A stretch of DNA of 64,000 nt from contig NC_043010.1 in NCBI RefSeq assembly GCF_006345805.1, positions 11,718,001 to 11,782,000 of the forward strand, read 5' to 3'. The DNA comes from Octopus sinensis (taxonomy: Eukaryota). Positions 12,474 through 24,943 of this stretch are shown piece after piece (position 1 is the first letter of the stretch; every line of letters begins with the position of its first letter). Made by a program: the position numbers and the translations under genes. The notes beneath the pieces were generated by a model that was not told the DNA's origin, did no database searches, and saw only the letters and a list, made by a program, of their open reading frames with translations.

Positions 12474-12923
12474 ATATGAGGTGCTCAAATCAGAATTCCA
12501 GCAGAAAACTTTGATATAACACCTGAACTTTTCTTATATCCAATGATGTAGGCTAATTTGCTTTGTGCAAATGTATACATTGTTTAGAGAGTAGGGTTGG
12601 CCCTATGCAAGGTCTTTTCTCCCTTTAAAAAGCCTCAAGCATAGGCATCACTTGATTTTTAACATCACTGTCATGTGTTGTTGCATACTGTGGCTGGTTC
12701 TAGTTGTGAAAGGCAAAACACTCAATGAACAATCTCATGATAGCATGAAGCATTATCAATGTGGGTGGTAAGCGCTTTGAACACCTACTGCAAGAGGTGC
12801 CCATTGTTGACATATTTGTGCAAAAGAATGCAAGTTTCTTTCAGGACTAAAAGCCACATCCATGCTGCTCATGTTAAAAAGAACAATCAAATGACAGCAT
12901 TGCTTGAAATCAAGTTGCAGCAG

Positions 12924-12989
12924 TCATGAGGCATGTTCTCTTCTGATTTTTAAGAATTCAAATTCTTCTTCTGACCAAGGAGCTAGTTT
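12924..12989 (-). CDS. Candidate terminal exon (KLAPWSEEEFEFLKIRREHAS*)
   Basis: ctttgttag acceptor, open frame to TGA; no homology recognised. Confidence 0.2.
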   Translation of the reverse strand, partial: KLAPWSEEEFEFLKIRREHAS

Positions 12990-13461
12990 CTAACAAAGAT
13001 TAAAAGCCCTATCATTGGAATGTGGCTAACAAAAGCAACATTACATTCTAAACTTAAGAAAAGTCTTGTATATTTTTACTGCTCCTCTTACAGATTGCAT
13101 TTGTAATGTGCAAATTAGTCAGTTGATTACATTTTCTGAAAATCATTTCTCATCTAGACTGAAAATCATTTCTTATCTAGATTGTCGGTGGATTTCATCC
13201 ACAGACCAGTCATGTACTGGTGCTGCAAATGCATTGCAGGTTCCTGTCTTGATGTAAGAAAAGTGTTCTAACTGCCATATTTTTCTAAGTCTGGTATAAT
13301 ATTCTTAAGTTACTCTATTCATGGTTACCATTGTATGATATATTTCCATCAATGCTGAGGTACTTGTAGCATTCTTTGGGCATGACAGTAGAGATAGTGA
13401 GACCTGGAACAGATGTATGTAGGCATGTATGCATGTATGAATGTATATATATGTGTGTATA

Positions 13462-13692
13462 TAGGCGGTGAGCTGGCAGAAACGTTAGCATGCCGGGCGA
13501 AATGCGTAGCCGTATTTCGTACGCCGTTATGTTCTGAGTTCAAATTCCGCCGAGGTCGACTTTGCCTTTCATCCTTTCGGGGTCGATAAATAAAGTACCA
13601 GTTACGCACTGGGGTCGATGTAATCGACTTAATCCCTTTGTCTGTCCTTGTTTGTCTCGTCTATGTTTAGCCCTTTGTGGGCAGTAAAGAAA
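13462..13692 (+). mobile_element. SINE-C (tRNA-derived)
   Basis: ggcggtgagctggcagaaacgttagc head, gagttcaaattcc B box, gtcgactttgcctttcatcctttcggggtcg body, gtaaagaaata end. Confidence 0.85.
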
Positions 13693-14059
13693 TATATATA
13701 TGTGTGTGTATATACATACATATAAGTGAACATCCATTATGCTAGAGTTAGACCCCATGTGGTCTGACCACCAAGAAAAGATTGTTCTCAAGAAAATTCA
13801 GCAAAAGCCAGAACGTAAGTGAGCAAGACAAATGAAAGGATACGAAATATAAAGAACCCGGTTCCATTGTTACCACTTACATAATACTTCCGCAAATGTC
13901 CACAATTCCTCAGTGTGATAGCCATATAATTTGCAGAACTATACATGAAACATCTGCATGAGATTAAACATGTATATAGTTCCACCAATTACATCTGGGG
14001 TTATATTTCAAAAGTCTTCATTTTGTGTGTTTGTATATATATATATATATTTTTTTTTT

Positions 14060-14438
14060 TTTACTTGTTTCAGTCATTTGACTGCGGCCATGCTGGAGCA
14101 CCGCCTTTAGTCGAGCAATTCGACCCTGGGACTTATTCTTTGTAAGCCCAGTACTTATTCTATCGGTCTCTTTTGCCGAACCGCTAAGTTACGGGGACGT
14201 AAACACACCAGCATCGGTTGTCAAGCGATGTTGGGGGGACAAACACAGACACACAAACATATACACACACATACATATATACGACAGGCTTCTTTCAGTT
14301 TCCATCTACCAAATCCACTCACAAGGCTTTGGTCGGCCCGAGGCTATAGCAGAAGACACTTGCCCAAGATGCACCACAGTGGGACTGAACCCGGAACCAT
14401 GTGGTTGGTAAGCAAGCTACTTACCACACAGCCACTCC
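14060..14438 (-). mobile_element. SINE-A full length
   Basis: Reverse complement of the consensus. Confidence 0.9.
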
Positions 14439-15589
14439 ATATATATATATGCATGTATTTTTGTATGTATGCATGTATGTATGTTTGTATGTATGTTTGT
14501 ATGTATGTATGTATATGTATGTGTATATATATATGATGGGTTTCTACATTTTCTATCAATCAAATTTACTCAAAGAAAACATTGGTTGAGCCAGGGCTGT
14601 AGAACGATGCACTTGCTTAAGGTTCCACACATACGGACTGAACTTGAAACCATGTGGTTGCAAAGTGAATTTCTTAACCACGGAGATAAGAGGTGAGGGT
14701 CGGCAAAAGAAAGGGTGTCCAGCCATAGAAAATTTACCTAAAAAAATCAATCCCTTGCAAACAAGGTAAAAAGTACATTAAAACAAAGATGATGGTGATG
14801 CGTGTATGAGTGTGTGTATATATATATATATATACACACACATACACACACATGGAGAGAGAGAGAGAGAGAGAGAGGGGTGGTAAATGGAAAATATATA
14901 GATAGATATGTGTATGTGTGTGTGTGTGTGTGAATATGTGTGAGTGTGTGTATATACAGATGTGTATAAGGATGTACATATTTATGTACGTATATATTTA
15001 TGTATGTATGTGTGTATGTATGCATGCATGTAGTATGTACGTATGTATTGGCAAAATCTCCATAAAATGGAAATATAACACTACTAAAGATGTCTGAAGA
15101 AAATCATGCACAACAAGTGACAGTCAAAACAGTAAAAGAATGTCAGTTTGCCAGAACAAACCAATATGTCCCACATTAAAACCAAGGCTACATGACACCA
15201 GATTTGGCAAGCTGTCCGTGAGACGTGGATGACAACCTAATGGTTATTCAAGCAAGTGTTTTAGTCCCAGATGAATAAAGCAAAGCGCATACAAAAATGA
15301 GAAAGAAAAAAGAAGAATGGTGCCAATATGTACGAGTGGGAATTGCGCGAACAAAATACACAAATCGAAGCACATCAGTTCTGATGGAGACTAACTCTTC
15401 AGCACATCACATCATAAACTGACCAGCAAAGCACCAACTATTTTCCCATAAGACGTCTGACAGCAAATGTCTGAGCAGCAATTGAACTCATGATTTTTGC
15501 ATTGGTTTGCATGATAGTCATAAGAATAACTACAGAAATGAAATCTGGTGGACAATCATATTTTCCACAACTCTGAGAAACAGCAAATA

Positions 15590-15621
<32 letters not shown>

Positions 15622-15622
<1 letters not shown>

Positions 15623-15715
15623 GGTGCATGGCTCAGTGGTTAGAGCATTGAACTTAAGACTGTGAAGTTGTGATTTCGAATTCCGGACCAGGCTGCGTGT
15701 TGTGTTCTTGAGCAT
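15622..15715 (+). mobile_element. SINE-B head fragment
   Basis: tggctcagtggttagagc A box, ttcgaattcc B box, tgttcttgagca. Confidence 0.65.
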
Positions 15716-15722
15716 ATACATA

Positions 15723-16122
15723 TCTTTATATATAAAAGTCAAGTTGTGTGTCTGTCTCCTACGATTTAGATTCCTAACTACTACCACATTTTGCGGTGCA
15801 GTTTAACCAAAACCGGGTATCTTATAGTCGTGATTCATATCGAGCCCTTCTGGGTATTAGCGCACGTCTACAATGAGTCTACGATTTAAAAAAAAATTTA
15901 CCATCATTTTTTTCCATTTTAATGCATTTTTTTCGCTATTATATAAGGGAAGTAACTCTCTAAAAATGTCTACGATGAGTCAACGATTTAAAAAAAAAAT
16001 TACCATAATTTTTTTTTCCATTTTTAATGCATTTTTTTGCTATTTTTTGGCTATAACTCTCTAAAAATGCTTATATAGTTATTTCCCTTACAAACCTGAG
16101 CAACGCCGAGCGATACTGCTAG
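15723..16122 (+). mobile_element. Non-autonomous Helitron
   Basis: A|TC start, subterminal cctgagcaacgccgag hairpin variant, CTAG|T end; two more copies at 47461 and 48099. Confidence 0.8.
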
Positions 16123-17156
16123 TTTTATTATATTTCTAATCTAGAAACGCGTTCGTAAATAACCGTTAGACTTTGTTTTCGTTATTTCTTCCTTCTGTTT
16201 TGCATATGTGAATTACAGGGATATGTCGTATGTGGAGTCTCGTTTGTAGAAAATAGAAATAAACAGTCTTTGACTGCTATTTCTAATTTTTTCGGTATGC
16301 GGCTAAGCAACCTGTTGCCTGCCTCTTTTATTTATATGTATATATATATGTGTATGTGCATGTGTGTATGTGTGTGTATATAGTTATATAGCTATATGCA
16401 CATAAATACATACATTTATGCATACATATGTAAAATAAATTACAATTGTTCCCCCAACACAATGACATTTTGTCAGTCAGTGTCAATTCAAAGTTTCTAT
16501 TGGAATCACAGTAACGTGTGACAAACAACCCACAGCTTGCAGAAAATTAGCAAATTGCTGGCCAGTGTTCTGTTTTGACCTACTTGTTCTCTTAAACTGT
16601 GACAGAAGTTACAACTTACACAACTTAACTGCAATTTTATTTGCCTGATTATAACCCTGTTGACAACACCACATTCTCTCTTTTCCTCATTCTCAGACCA
16701 TGGGAATGGCCTAAACTATCAGATTGTTCCTCTGAATATATTGTAGATGATGAATTGGTAGATTCATTTGAGTGTGGGATAAAATACTCCACAGTATTTC
16801 TTTAAGCTCTCTGCTCTTCAAATTCCTCTAAAATCAAAGTTTACCTTTCATCTTTCCAGAGTCAATGAAATAAAATACAAGTCTAGACAAGGGTGTTGGC
16901 AGAATGGTTAAAATTTTGTGGTGCCAACACCGGGTCATTTAGTGTCCTTAACACTGTATTCTCTGTTCCCTGCTTTCAGCCCAGGCTCCTAATTTTAGGA
17001 TAATTTCAAAATTGTACCCACATTTCATTATATACTTCCTCATTCTTTCTAATTAAATGGTAAAAAAATCTAGAAGCTTCTAGGAAGTGCACTATGCATC
17101 TAGCTGCAAACTGACCAATTTGTATGTAAGTGTGTATGTATGTATGTATGTATGGT

Positions 17157-17705
17157 CACTTTCGAGTGCTACTGGTAACATGTAACCCAGTACAACTTGT
17201 TGTATGGTCGGGTCGTCGGCAACTAAACCAGCAACCCCACCAAGCTTGCTTGGTGAGGAGGGTCTTTATTGGACAACCTGCAGGATGAAAAACAAAACCC
17301 GTCAAAGGGCGGAGGAACCCTTGAGAGTCAACAGCCATCCAATAAATGCCTTAAGGCTGTATCATGCATGGGGACATAGAAATAATCGGACTGAATACCC
17401 AATTGCGCAGTTAAACCATTGGGAGTGAAGGTCTCCTAGCCTTTGTTAGGGCATCCTTCTAGGAGAAGGTAACTCAGGTAACTGGGATAACTCCGACATA
17501 AAACCTGCGGCTCAGTGGTTGCCGATGATGTTGACTTGTTCTTCTTTTCGGATTATTGGCTGCTGTTGCTTAGTGAGTGGAATTGACTCAGTGCACAGCC
17601 TTCCCTCACTTTAAAAAAAAATCTTCTTGCACAGGCATTGCACGATAACAACATTGATTAAGCTTCGTGCAATGGCCATACACGATAACGAGGGGGCAGC
17701 CACCA
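17157..17705 (+). mobile_element. RTE-type 5' UTR-like non-coding repeat
   Basis: ttagggcatccttctaggagaaggtaactc resembles the RTE 5' UTR motif; its end (aagcttcgtgcaatggccatac...gagggggcagcca) recurs at ~37030-37075. Confidence 0.45.
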
Positions 17706-17821
17706 TGTATGTATGTATGTATGTATGCATGTATATATATGGGCAATAAATGATGATGATGATGATATAAATATATATATATATATATATATACACAAAC
17801 ACATATACACATATATATTGA

Positions 17822-17864
<43 letters not shown>

Positions 17865-18261
17865 ATGCATGTGGGCGTGACTGCAAAATGATCTTCCTGA
17901 CCACACAGCCATACGTGCACCTAGTTCAATTTAACTGATTATACAGTACCCTTAAGTTCACTAAGGTCAACTTTGCTTTTCATCTATTCAGGGTCAGTAA
18001 ATAAAGCACCACGGTCAAGTAATATCATCAATTTATTCCCACAATCCCTGACTTTGTACCTATATAAGAAATTATCATTTCTCACTATTCATTAATTTCT
18101 TTTTAATGCTTTCATTGCACTATGATAATTCTGTACGTATTAGGTACAGGCTATGTTTTGGCTTTGTATTTTTCACTGTGTTAAGATGAATCTACATCTA
18201 TGTAGATGCTGTTATTTTTTTGTATGTATAGTATGTATAATCCCTGGTATTTTGTGGCGAC

Positions 18262-18447
18262 CTCGGCGGAATTTGAACTCAGAATGTAACAACAGACAAA
18301 ATACCGGGCGAAATGCTTAGCGGTATTTTGTCTGTCGTTACGTTCTGAGTTCAAATTCCGCCGAGGTCGACTTTGCCTTTCATCTTTCCGGGGTCGATAA
18401 ATAAAGTACCAGTTTCGCACTGGGGTCGATATAATCGACTTAATACC
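18262..18447 (+). mobile_element. SINE-C with partial internal duplication
   Basis: gagttcaaattccgccgaggtcgactttgcc body; inverted fragment at 18258-18310. Confidence 0.75.
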
Positions 18448-18549
18448 TATGTGATGAGATGATGATGATGATGAGGATGAGGAGGAGGAGGAGGATGAGG
18501 ATGATGAGGATGAGGATGAGGATGATGATGATGATGATGATGGTGATGA

Positions 18550-19807
18550 TTAAGAATGAAATGTCCAATTTTGAACTGAAAGTTTATTTCCCTTTATCTC
18601 AACAAAAAGCAATGCAGTTAATCAAAGTATGCACCTAATTTATCAACACAATTTTGCCATTTTATTGGTAGCTTATTTATGCTGGCAGTGAAGAATTCTG
18701 GAGAGGAAGAGGTGATGAAATCACGAAAGGCTGTTTTTGCATCTTCTGCAGATTCAAAGTTTTTTCCTTGCAAAATGTTGTCTAATGCCCGGAAAACATG
18801 ATAGTCAGTTGATGCATGGCCTGGTGAATATGGCAGATGACAGTGTATTTCCAAGTTCAGTTCCTGTAACTTGAGTAGAATCCTTGGTGCAACATATGGT
18901 CAAGCATTGTCTTGCAAGAGAATAGGCCTGTCTCTATTGACCAATCTTGGTTATTTAATTGCAAGTTCACTCATCATTTCATCCACTTGGTTGATGTATA
19001 CATCTGCTGTATACATCTTACCAGATCTCATGAAGTTGTACTTGATGACACCAATAATAGACCAACAAACAGACACCATTAGCTTTTTTGGTGAATACTC
19101 ATTTTTGGATTGTATTTTGGCAGTTTGTCTCTATCCAGCCACTGTGCAGAATGCTTGCTGTTGTTGAAAAGAATTCATTTTTCATCGCACATAACAATAC
19201 AATGGTTCACTTTTATGCCATGACAACAAAGAACAGCAAGTTTCAAGACAACATGTCATTTGAAGCTTGTTCAGTTCGTGTGGCACCCACTTGTCCAGCT
19301 TCTTTACTTTGCCAATTTGTTTCAGATGGTCTAATACAGTTGGAATCGAAACATTAAACCTTGCTGCTAATTCAAGCGTAGTTTGAGATGTATCCACTTC
19401 CACTACAGTTTCCAGCTCTTCATTATCCACCTTGGTCTCAGTTCTAACACAGGGTTGATTTTCAAGGGTAAAGTCACCAGACCAGAACGTCTCAGACCAA
19501 TGACATACAGTGCACTCATTCACCACATCTTCACCAAACATCTCATTGATGTTTTGAGCTTTCTGGGATGCATGTGTTCCATGACAGAACTCATCCATAA
19601 GCAACACGAATTTTATATCTATCCATGGCTTCACAAAAATTGATTTACAAAAGAAAACTCGCAATATAGTCAGACACCATGAATTACATTTCAAAAAGTG
19701 AGAAAGTAACTCTTCAATGTTGTAAAACAAAGAATTGTCAGGATAAAACATTAGAGTTTATGACTGTCAAACTTGGTGCACAAGAAAATTGGACATTTCA
19801 TTCATAA
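18550..19807 (-). mobile_element. Decayed mariner (DD34D) transposon
   Basis: TIRs gaatgaaatgtccaatttt / aaaattggacatttcattc; HTH region, WVPHEL, IVMCDEK, QDNA and YSPGHASTDYH motifs with stops and frameshifts. Confidence 0.9.
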
Positions 19808-20055
19808 TGATCTGATACATATATTCCTTGGCCCCCTTGTATAACTGAGTATCCATAGGCATATATATTTATTTATATATATATTTATATATGTACTTTA
19901 TATGAATGTTAATGTTGATGTAGAATTTATTATGTAACTAACAAGGTTATGAAACAGCTGTAAGCAAATGAAATAAATATCTACTCTGTCTCCTGACTTG
20001 TGTCATCTTCTAAATGTTTCACGTTCTTGTCCCAGTTTGTATATTTTTTTACTTT

Positions 20056-20092
<37 letters not shown>

Positions 20093-20094
<2 letters not shown>

Positions 20095-20516
20095 TCTCTC
20101 TTTCTCTTTACTCTCTTTTACTTGTTTCAGTCATTTGACTGTGGCCATGCTGGAGCAGCACTTTTAGTGGAGCAAATAGACCCCAGGACTTATTCTTTGT
20201 GAGCCTAGTACTTATTCCATCAGTCTCTTTTGCTGAACTGCTAAGTTACGGAGATGGAAACACACTAGCTTTGGTTTTCAAGTGATGCTGGGGGGACAAA
20301 CACAGACACACAAACATATACACACACAAATACATATATATATACATAGATACGACAGGCTTCTTTCAGTTTCCATTACCAAATCTACTCAAAAGGTTTT
20401 GGTCAGCCCGAGGCTATAGTAGAAGACACTTGCCCAAGTTGCCACGCAGTGGGACTGAACCCGGAACCATGTGGTTAATAAGCAAGCTACTTACGACACA
20501 GTCACTCCTATGCCTA
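20093..20516 (-). mobile_element. SINE-A full length
   Basis: Reverse complement of the consensus. Confidence 0.9.
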
Positions 20517-20654
20517 ACATATATATATATATATACATTTATGTATATATCTTACCTTGAAATGACATAAATAGTGAAATAGTGAATGGCTCAAAAGTTG
20601 GCAACAGAAACGGCAGCCAAAAACATGTTGATACTATATACAAAGATGGAAACA

Positions 20655-21020
20655 CTCCGTTGGTTACAACGACGAGGGTTCCGGTTGATCCGATCAACGG
20701 AACAGCCTGCTTGTGAAATTAACGTGTAAGTGGCTGAGCACTCCACAGACACGTATACCCTTAACATAGTTCTCGGGGATATTCAGCGTGACAAGACCAG
20801 CCCTTTGAAATGCAGGTACAACAGAAACAGGAAGTAAGAGTGAGAGAAAGTTGTGGTGAAAGAGTACAAGAGGGATCACCACCATCCCTGCCGGTGCCTT
20901 GTGGAGCTTTTAGGTGTTTTCGCTCCATAAACACTCACAACGCCCGGTCTGGGAATCGAAACTGCGATCCTACGACCGCGAGTCCGCTGCCCTAACCACT
21001 GGGCCATTGTACCTCCACAA
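20655..21020 (-). mobile_element. SINE-B variant
   Basis: ccgttggttacaacgacgagggttcc...ctgggaatcgaaactgcgatc...ctaaccactgggcca. Confidence 0.8.
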
Positions 21021-21214
21021 AGACACTATTACTAATGTTGATGTATCATTCCTTGTGGCACATATACTATATGGTAATGATGTTAAATTCCTTGCCAAAG
21101 GTTGTGTTTTTTATCATGACACTTTCAAGCCTTAGTTTTGCCTCAGTGGATGATAGCAGTTATTCTGTAATAGTTAATATATTTTCTCTTGGCTGATTGA
21201 TATTACATAAATAG

Positions 21215-21323
21215 ATAATAAAGCTGGACAATACAAGTCATGAGCCATGTGGAAACAATTATCTTTTCGGTTGCGACAGTAATACCTGCCAGATTTATAC
21301 AGTAACCATATGTAATAGACAGG
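21215..21323 (+). CDS. Candidate internal exon (IIKLDNTSHEPCGNNYLFGCDSNTCQIYTVTICNRQ)
   Basis: ataaatag acceptor, 109-nt open frame, CAGG|GTAAGT donor; not in a recognisable repeat; no homology recognised. Confidence 0.3.
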
Positions 21324-21689
21324 GTAAGTTATGTTACTAAACAGCATATAGAGAAAAATACATTTATTTCAGAAATTTCTCAGGACTGTTCCTTAGTAAA
21401 CAGTAGAAGATATCATTAGATTGAATTTGGCTAACATGTGCCAGGCCATCTTTGAGTCAGCAAAAAATAGTTTAAACACGTAGGTCAGGAGAATATCTGT
21501 TTGTCACTGTAGTTTGAGGATGGTTGCGGAAAAATGAACAATGAGAAAATGCAGACAGTCAGCGTGTGTAAATGTACACACACACATACAGAGACGTGCA
21601 TGCACACATACACACAGAGTCTCACATGCATAAATATGCATGCTTGTGTGATTGATTTTGATTTTGATTTTTCCAGTTTCAGCTAATGA

Positions 21690-21845
21690 GCTGTGGCCAT
21701 GCTGGGGCACCGCCATTTGGTTTGCTACACGGGTTTACCTCACGGATGCTTTTTAGCAAACGCCATCTGATGCATGAGAGAGTTCGATGCAGCTGCCCTC
21801 ATCTGCACCTCCTGCCGTGAAGTTGGTTCATCCGGGAAATATATC
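21690..21845 (-). mobile_element. CR1/L2-group LINE 3' end sharing its tail with SINE-A
   Basis: PDEPTSRQEVQMRAAASNSLMHQM then ggcggtgccccagcatggccacagctcattagctgaaac. Confidence 0.75.
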
Positions 21846-22139
21846 CGTGTGTATATATATATATGCAGAGAGAGAGAGAGAGACAGAGACAGACATATAC
21901 ACATACACACATATAAATACACACACGCTTGCATATACTTATATGTATATATGTATATTATATTTATCTATCTCACTATCTGTCTATATGTGTGTGCGTG
22001 TGTGTGTGCGCATACACAAATGCATAGAGTAAGTAACTTCGAAGTCACTGTCACCTTTTAAAGAAGAAATCTTACATCTACTTTACATATCAAGTTCTTC
22101 AGTTAATGCGTTATTGTTTAAATATACAAAGTAAAACAT

Positions 22140-22173
22140 ATGATGTATGTATATATATATAGATACATATATA

Positions 22174-22214
<41 letters not shown>

Positions 22215-22279
22215 TATATATATAGATATATATATATATGTATATATATATATAGATACATATAATATATTATATATAT

Positions 22280-22327
<48 letters not shown>

Positions 22328-22354
22328 ATATATATATATGTATCTATATATATT

Positions 22355-22398
<44 letters not shown>

Positions 22399-22740
22399 TA
22401 TATATAATGTATATATATGTGTGTATATATGTATGTATGTGTGTATATGTGATATATATATATGTGTGTATATATATATACACACATATACACATATAGA
22501 TATATACATGCACATACACATATATGAATATACATGTATAAATATCTATAAACATACAACTCAGACACAGAAATATACACACCCACATAACCATATGTTT
22601 GTGCACATATATATATGTATGTATACGTATGTGTATACACATATGCACACACCCATACACACACACACACACGCACACACACACCAGACACACAGACAGA
22701 CAGACGGACAGACGGACAGATAAACAGATCTATGGATATA
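22140..22740. repeat. (TA)n/(CA)n microsatellite tract
   Basis: Direct reading. Confidence 0.9.
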
Positions 22741-23049
22741 CTGTTACCATCATCTAATATCCAGTTAAACATTGTCAGACACTGGCTTTTATCTATCTAC
22801 TGGCAGAAAATTATTGAGATGCCGAAGCAAAGTAAAAACTGGCTATGCTAAAAACAAATGAGCTATCCGACGACTTTGAGAAGTGAATGTGAATCTCATA
22901 TATATTTTAGAAGCAGCTGCGGTTCTCCGAAGAAATAAAGAAATAATCCAATATTCTAATGGTCCTGGAGTTGAAGCGACCGGAAAAAGAATATTTATTA
23001 AAGTTTGTGTGGGAAATCCAAGACAGTACACACAGCCATATGCACAAAC

Positions 23050-23524
23050 ACACATGTGTGTGTATATGTGTGTATATGTGTATGTATATATATATATATG
23101 TTAGTAGGTATATATGTATGTATATATATATATATATATATTAGATATATATATATATATATATAACTATATATAATGTATGATGTATGTACGTATATAT
23201 GTATGTATATATATTATATGTGTAGATATATATATATATATATACTGTATATGAATTATGTACATATAATATATGTATATATATATATATATATATGTAC
23301 ACACACATTTATATATATGTTGCAACACATACACATATATATATAATGTATGCACATACACCACACATATATATATACATAAATATATATATATGCATGT
23401 GTATGTAAGTATATAATACGCATATATAAAACACATAAACATATATTTGTATATATTCATATGTATACATACATATTTATATATATATATGCATGTATGT
23501 GTTATACACATATAATATATATAT

Positions 23525-23571
<47 letters not shown>

Positions 23572-23585
23572 ATGTCTCTATATAT
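23050..23585. repeat. (TA)n/(TATG)n microsatellite tract
   Basis: Direct reading. Confidence 0.9.
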
Positions 23586-24139
23586 TGGTATTTCTTTTCT
23601 TTTTTTTTTGTTTGTTTTTGTTTTGTTTTTTTTGGGGTTTTTGGTTTTTGTCTGTATTTGAAAAGACAGTTGCTGTGTGCCTGCCATGCACGTTAGCATA
23701 AGCTCCAGATTAAAGGTATAAATATTCAGAACTGATATGAAGCCGGCTCCGATGGTGGAGGATTATATTGTTTCAGCAGCTTATAAAGACATCAATACCA
23801 TATAATATTGATTCAGTTGATAGTCTATTGATTTTTCGTAGCCTTATTCTTGGCACAAACCAACAAAACCGAAAATTATCCAAAAACCTAACCAAAAGGT
23901 TTATATATTAGAATAATGAAGCAAATTTTCCTATTGAAAATGAGAATTTTGTTATTGAGAATGAGAATTTTTCTCATGCCATACATAATTCTAAATTTCA
24001 GACTCTTTGACTAACATTAACCAAAGAAATTTTAAATATTTCTTTTCCTTCTTTTTAAATTGACATTACAGATTATACATGTATATATGTGTATGTGTGT
24101 ATATATAAATATAAATATATATATATATCATCATGTATA

Positions 24140-24169
<30 letters not shown>

Positions 24170-24170
<1 letters not shown>

Positions 24171-24554
24171 TTACTTGTTTCAGTCATTTGACTGCGGCCA
24201 TGCTGGAGCACCGCATTTAGTCGAGCAAACCGACCCCGAAACTTATTCTTTGTAAGCCCAGTACTTATTCTATCGGTCTCTTTTGCCGAACCGCTAAGTG
24301 AAAGGGACGTAAACACACCAGCATTGGTTGTCAAGCAATCCTAGGGGGACAAACAAAGACACACAAACACATACACACATATATATAAATACATATATAC
24401 GACAGGTTTCTTTCAGTTTCCGTCTACCAAATCCACTCACAAGGCATTGGTCGACCCGGGGCTATAGCAGAAGACACTTGCCCAAGATGCCACGCAGTGG
24501 GACTGAACCCGGAACCATGTGGTTGGTTAGCAAGCTACTTACCACACAGCCACT

Positions 24555-24558
<4 letters not shown>
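24170..24558 (-). mobile_element. SINE-A full length
   Basis: Reverse complement of the consensus. Confidence 0.9.
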
Positions 24559-24602
<44 letters not shown>

Positions 24603-24943
24603 GTGTGTGTGTGTGCATATATGCTGTATGCATCTATGTCAGTTTCTTGTGGTAAAGTTAATACTTTGTTTTGGGAATTGTTTTCGAATTTTTATAGCTT
24701 TGCTTTTGGATTTTATCTTTCTTTTCTTTTTTTTTTTATTTGTTTGGTTTGATAAGACAGCAATGATTACAAAATGATAAGAAACTAACAGCTCTAGTCA
24801 AGACAATGAGGATGTCATTATGTGGTTGCTTGATTTGCTAGAAATTGCAGTCAAATTCCCCCAATCCCCCCTTCAAATCAAGGACTACTTTCTTAGAAAA
24901 TGGATAATGTATCTTAGATGATGCATATTCTAAGGGATGTGCT

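Noticed and set aside
14228-14536. Recurrent peptides MLGGQTQTHK...RLPNPLTR and KETDRISTGLTKNK
   Set aside because: Conceptual translations of SINE-A copies, not a gene family.
15050-15575. Non-repetitive stretch with membrane-protein-like fragments on the minus strand
   Set aside because: All frames are interrupted by stops and there are no consistent splice boundaries.
20556-20633. Minus-strand candidate exon ending SFQ|G, reminiscent of class B GPCR TM7
   Set aside because: Too short, two frames are open, and no neighbouring GPCR exons were found.
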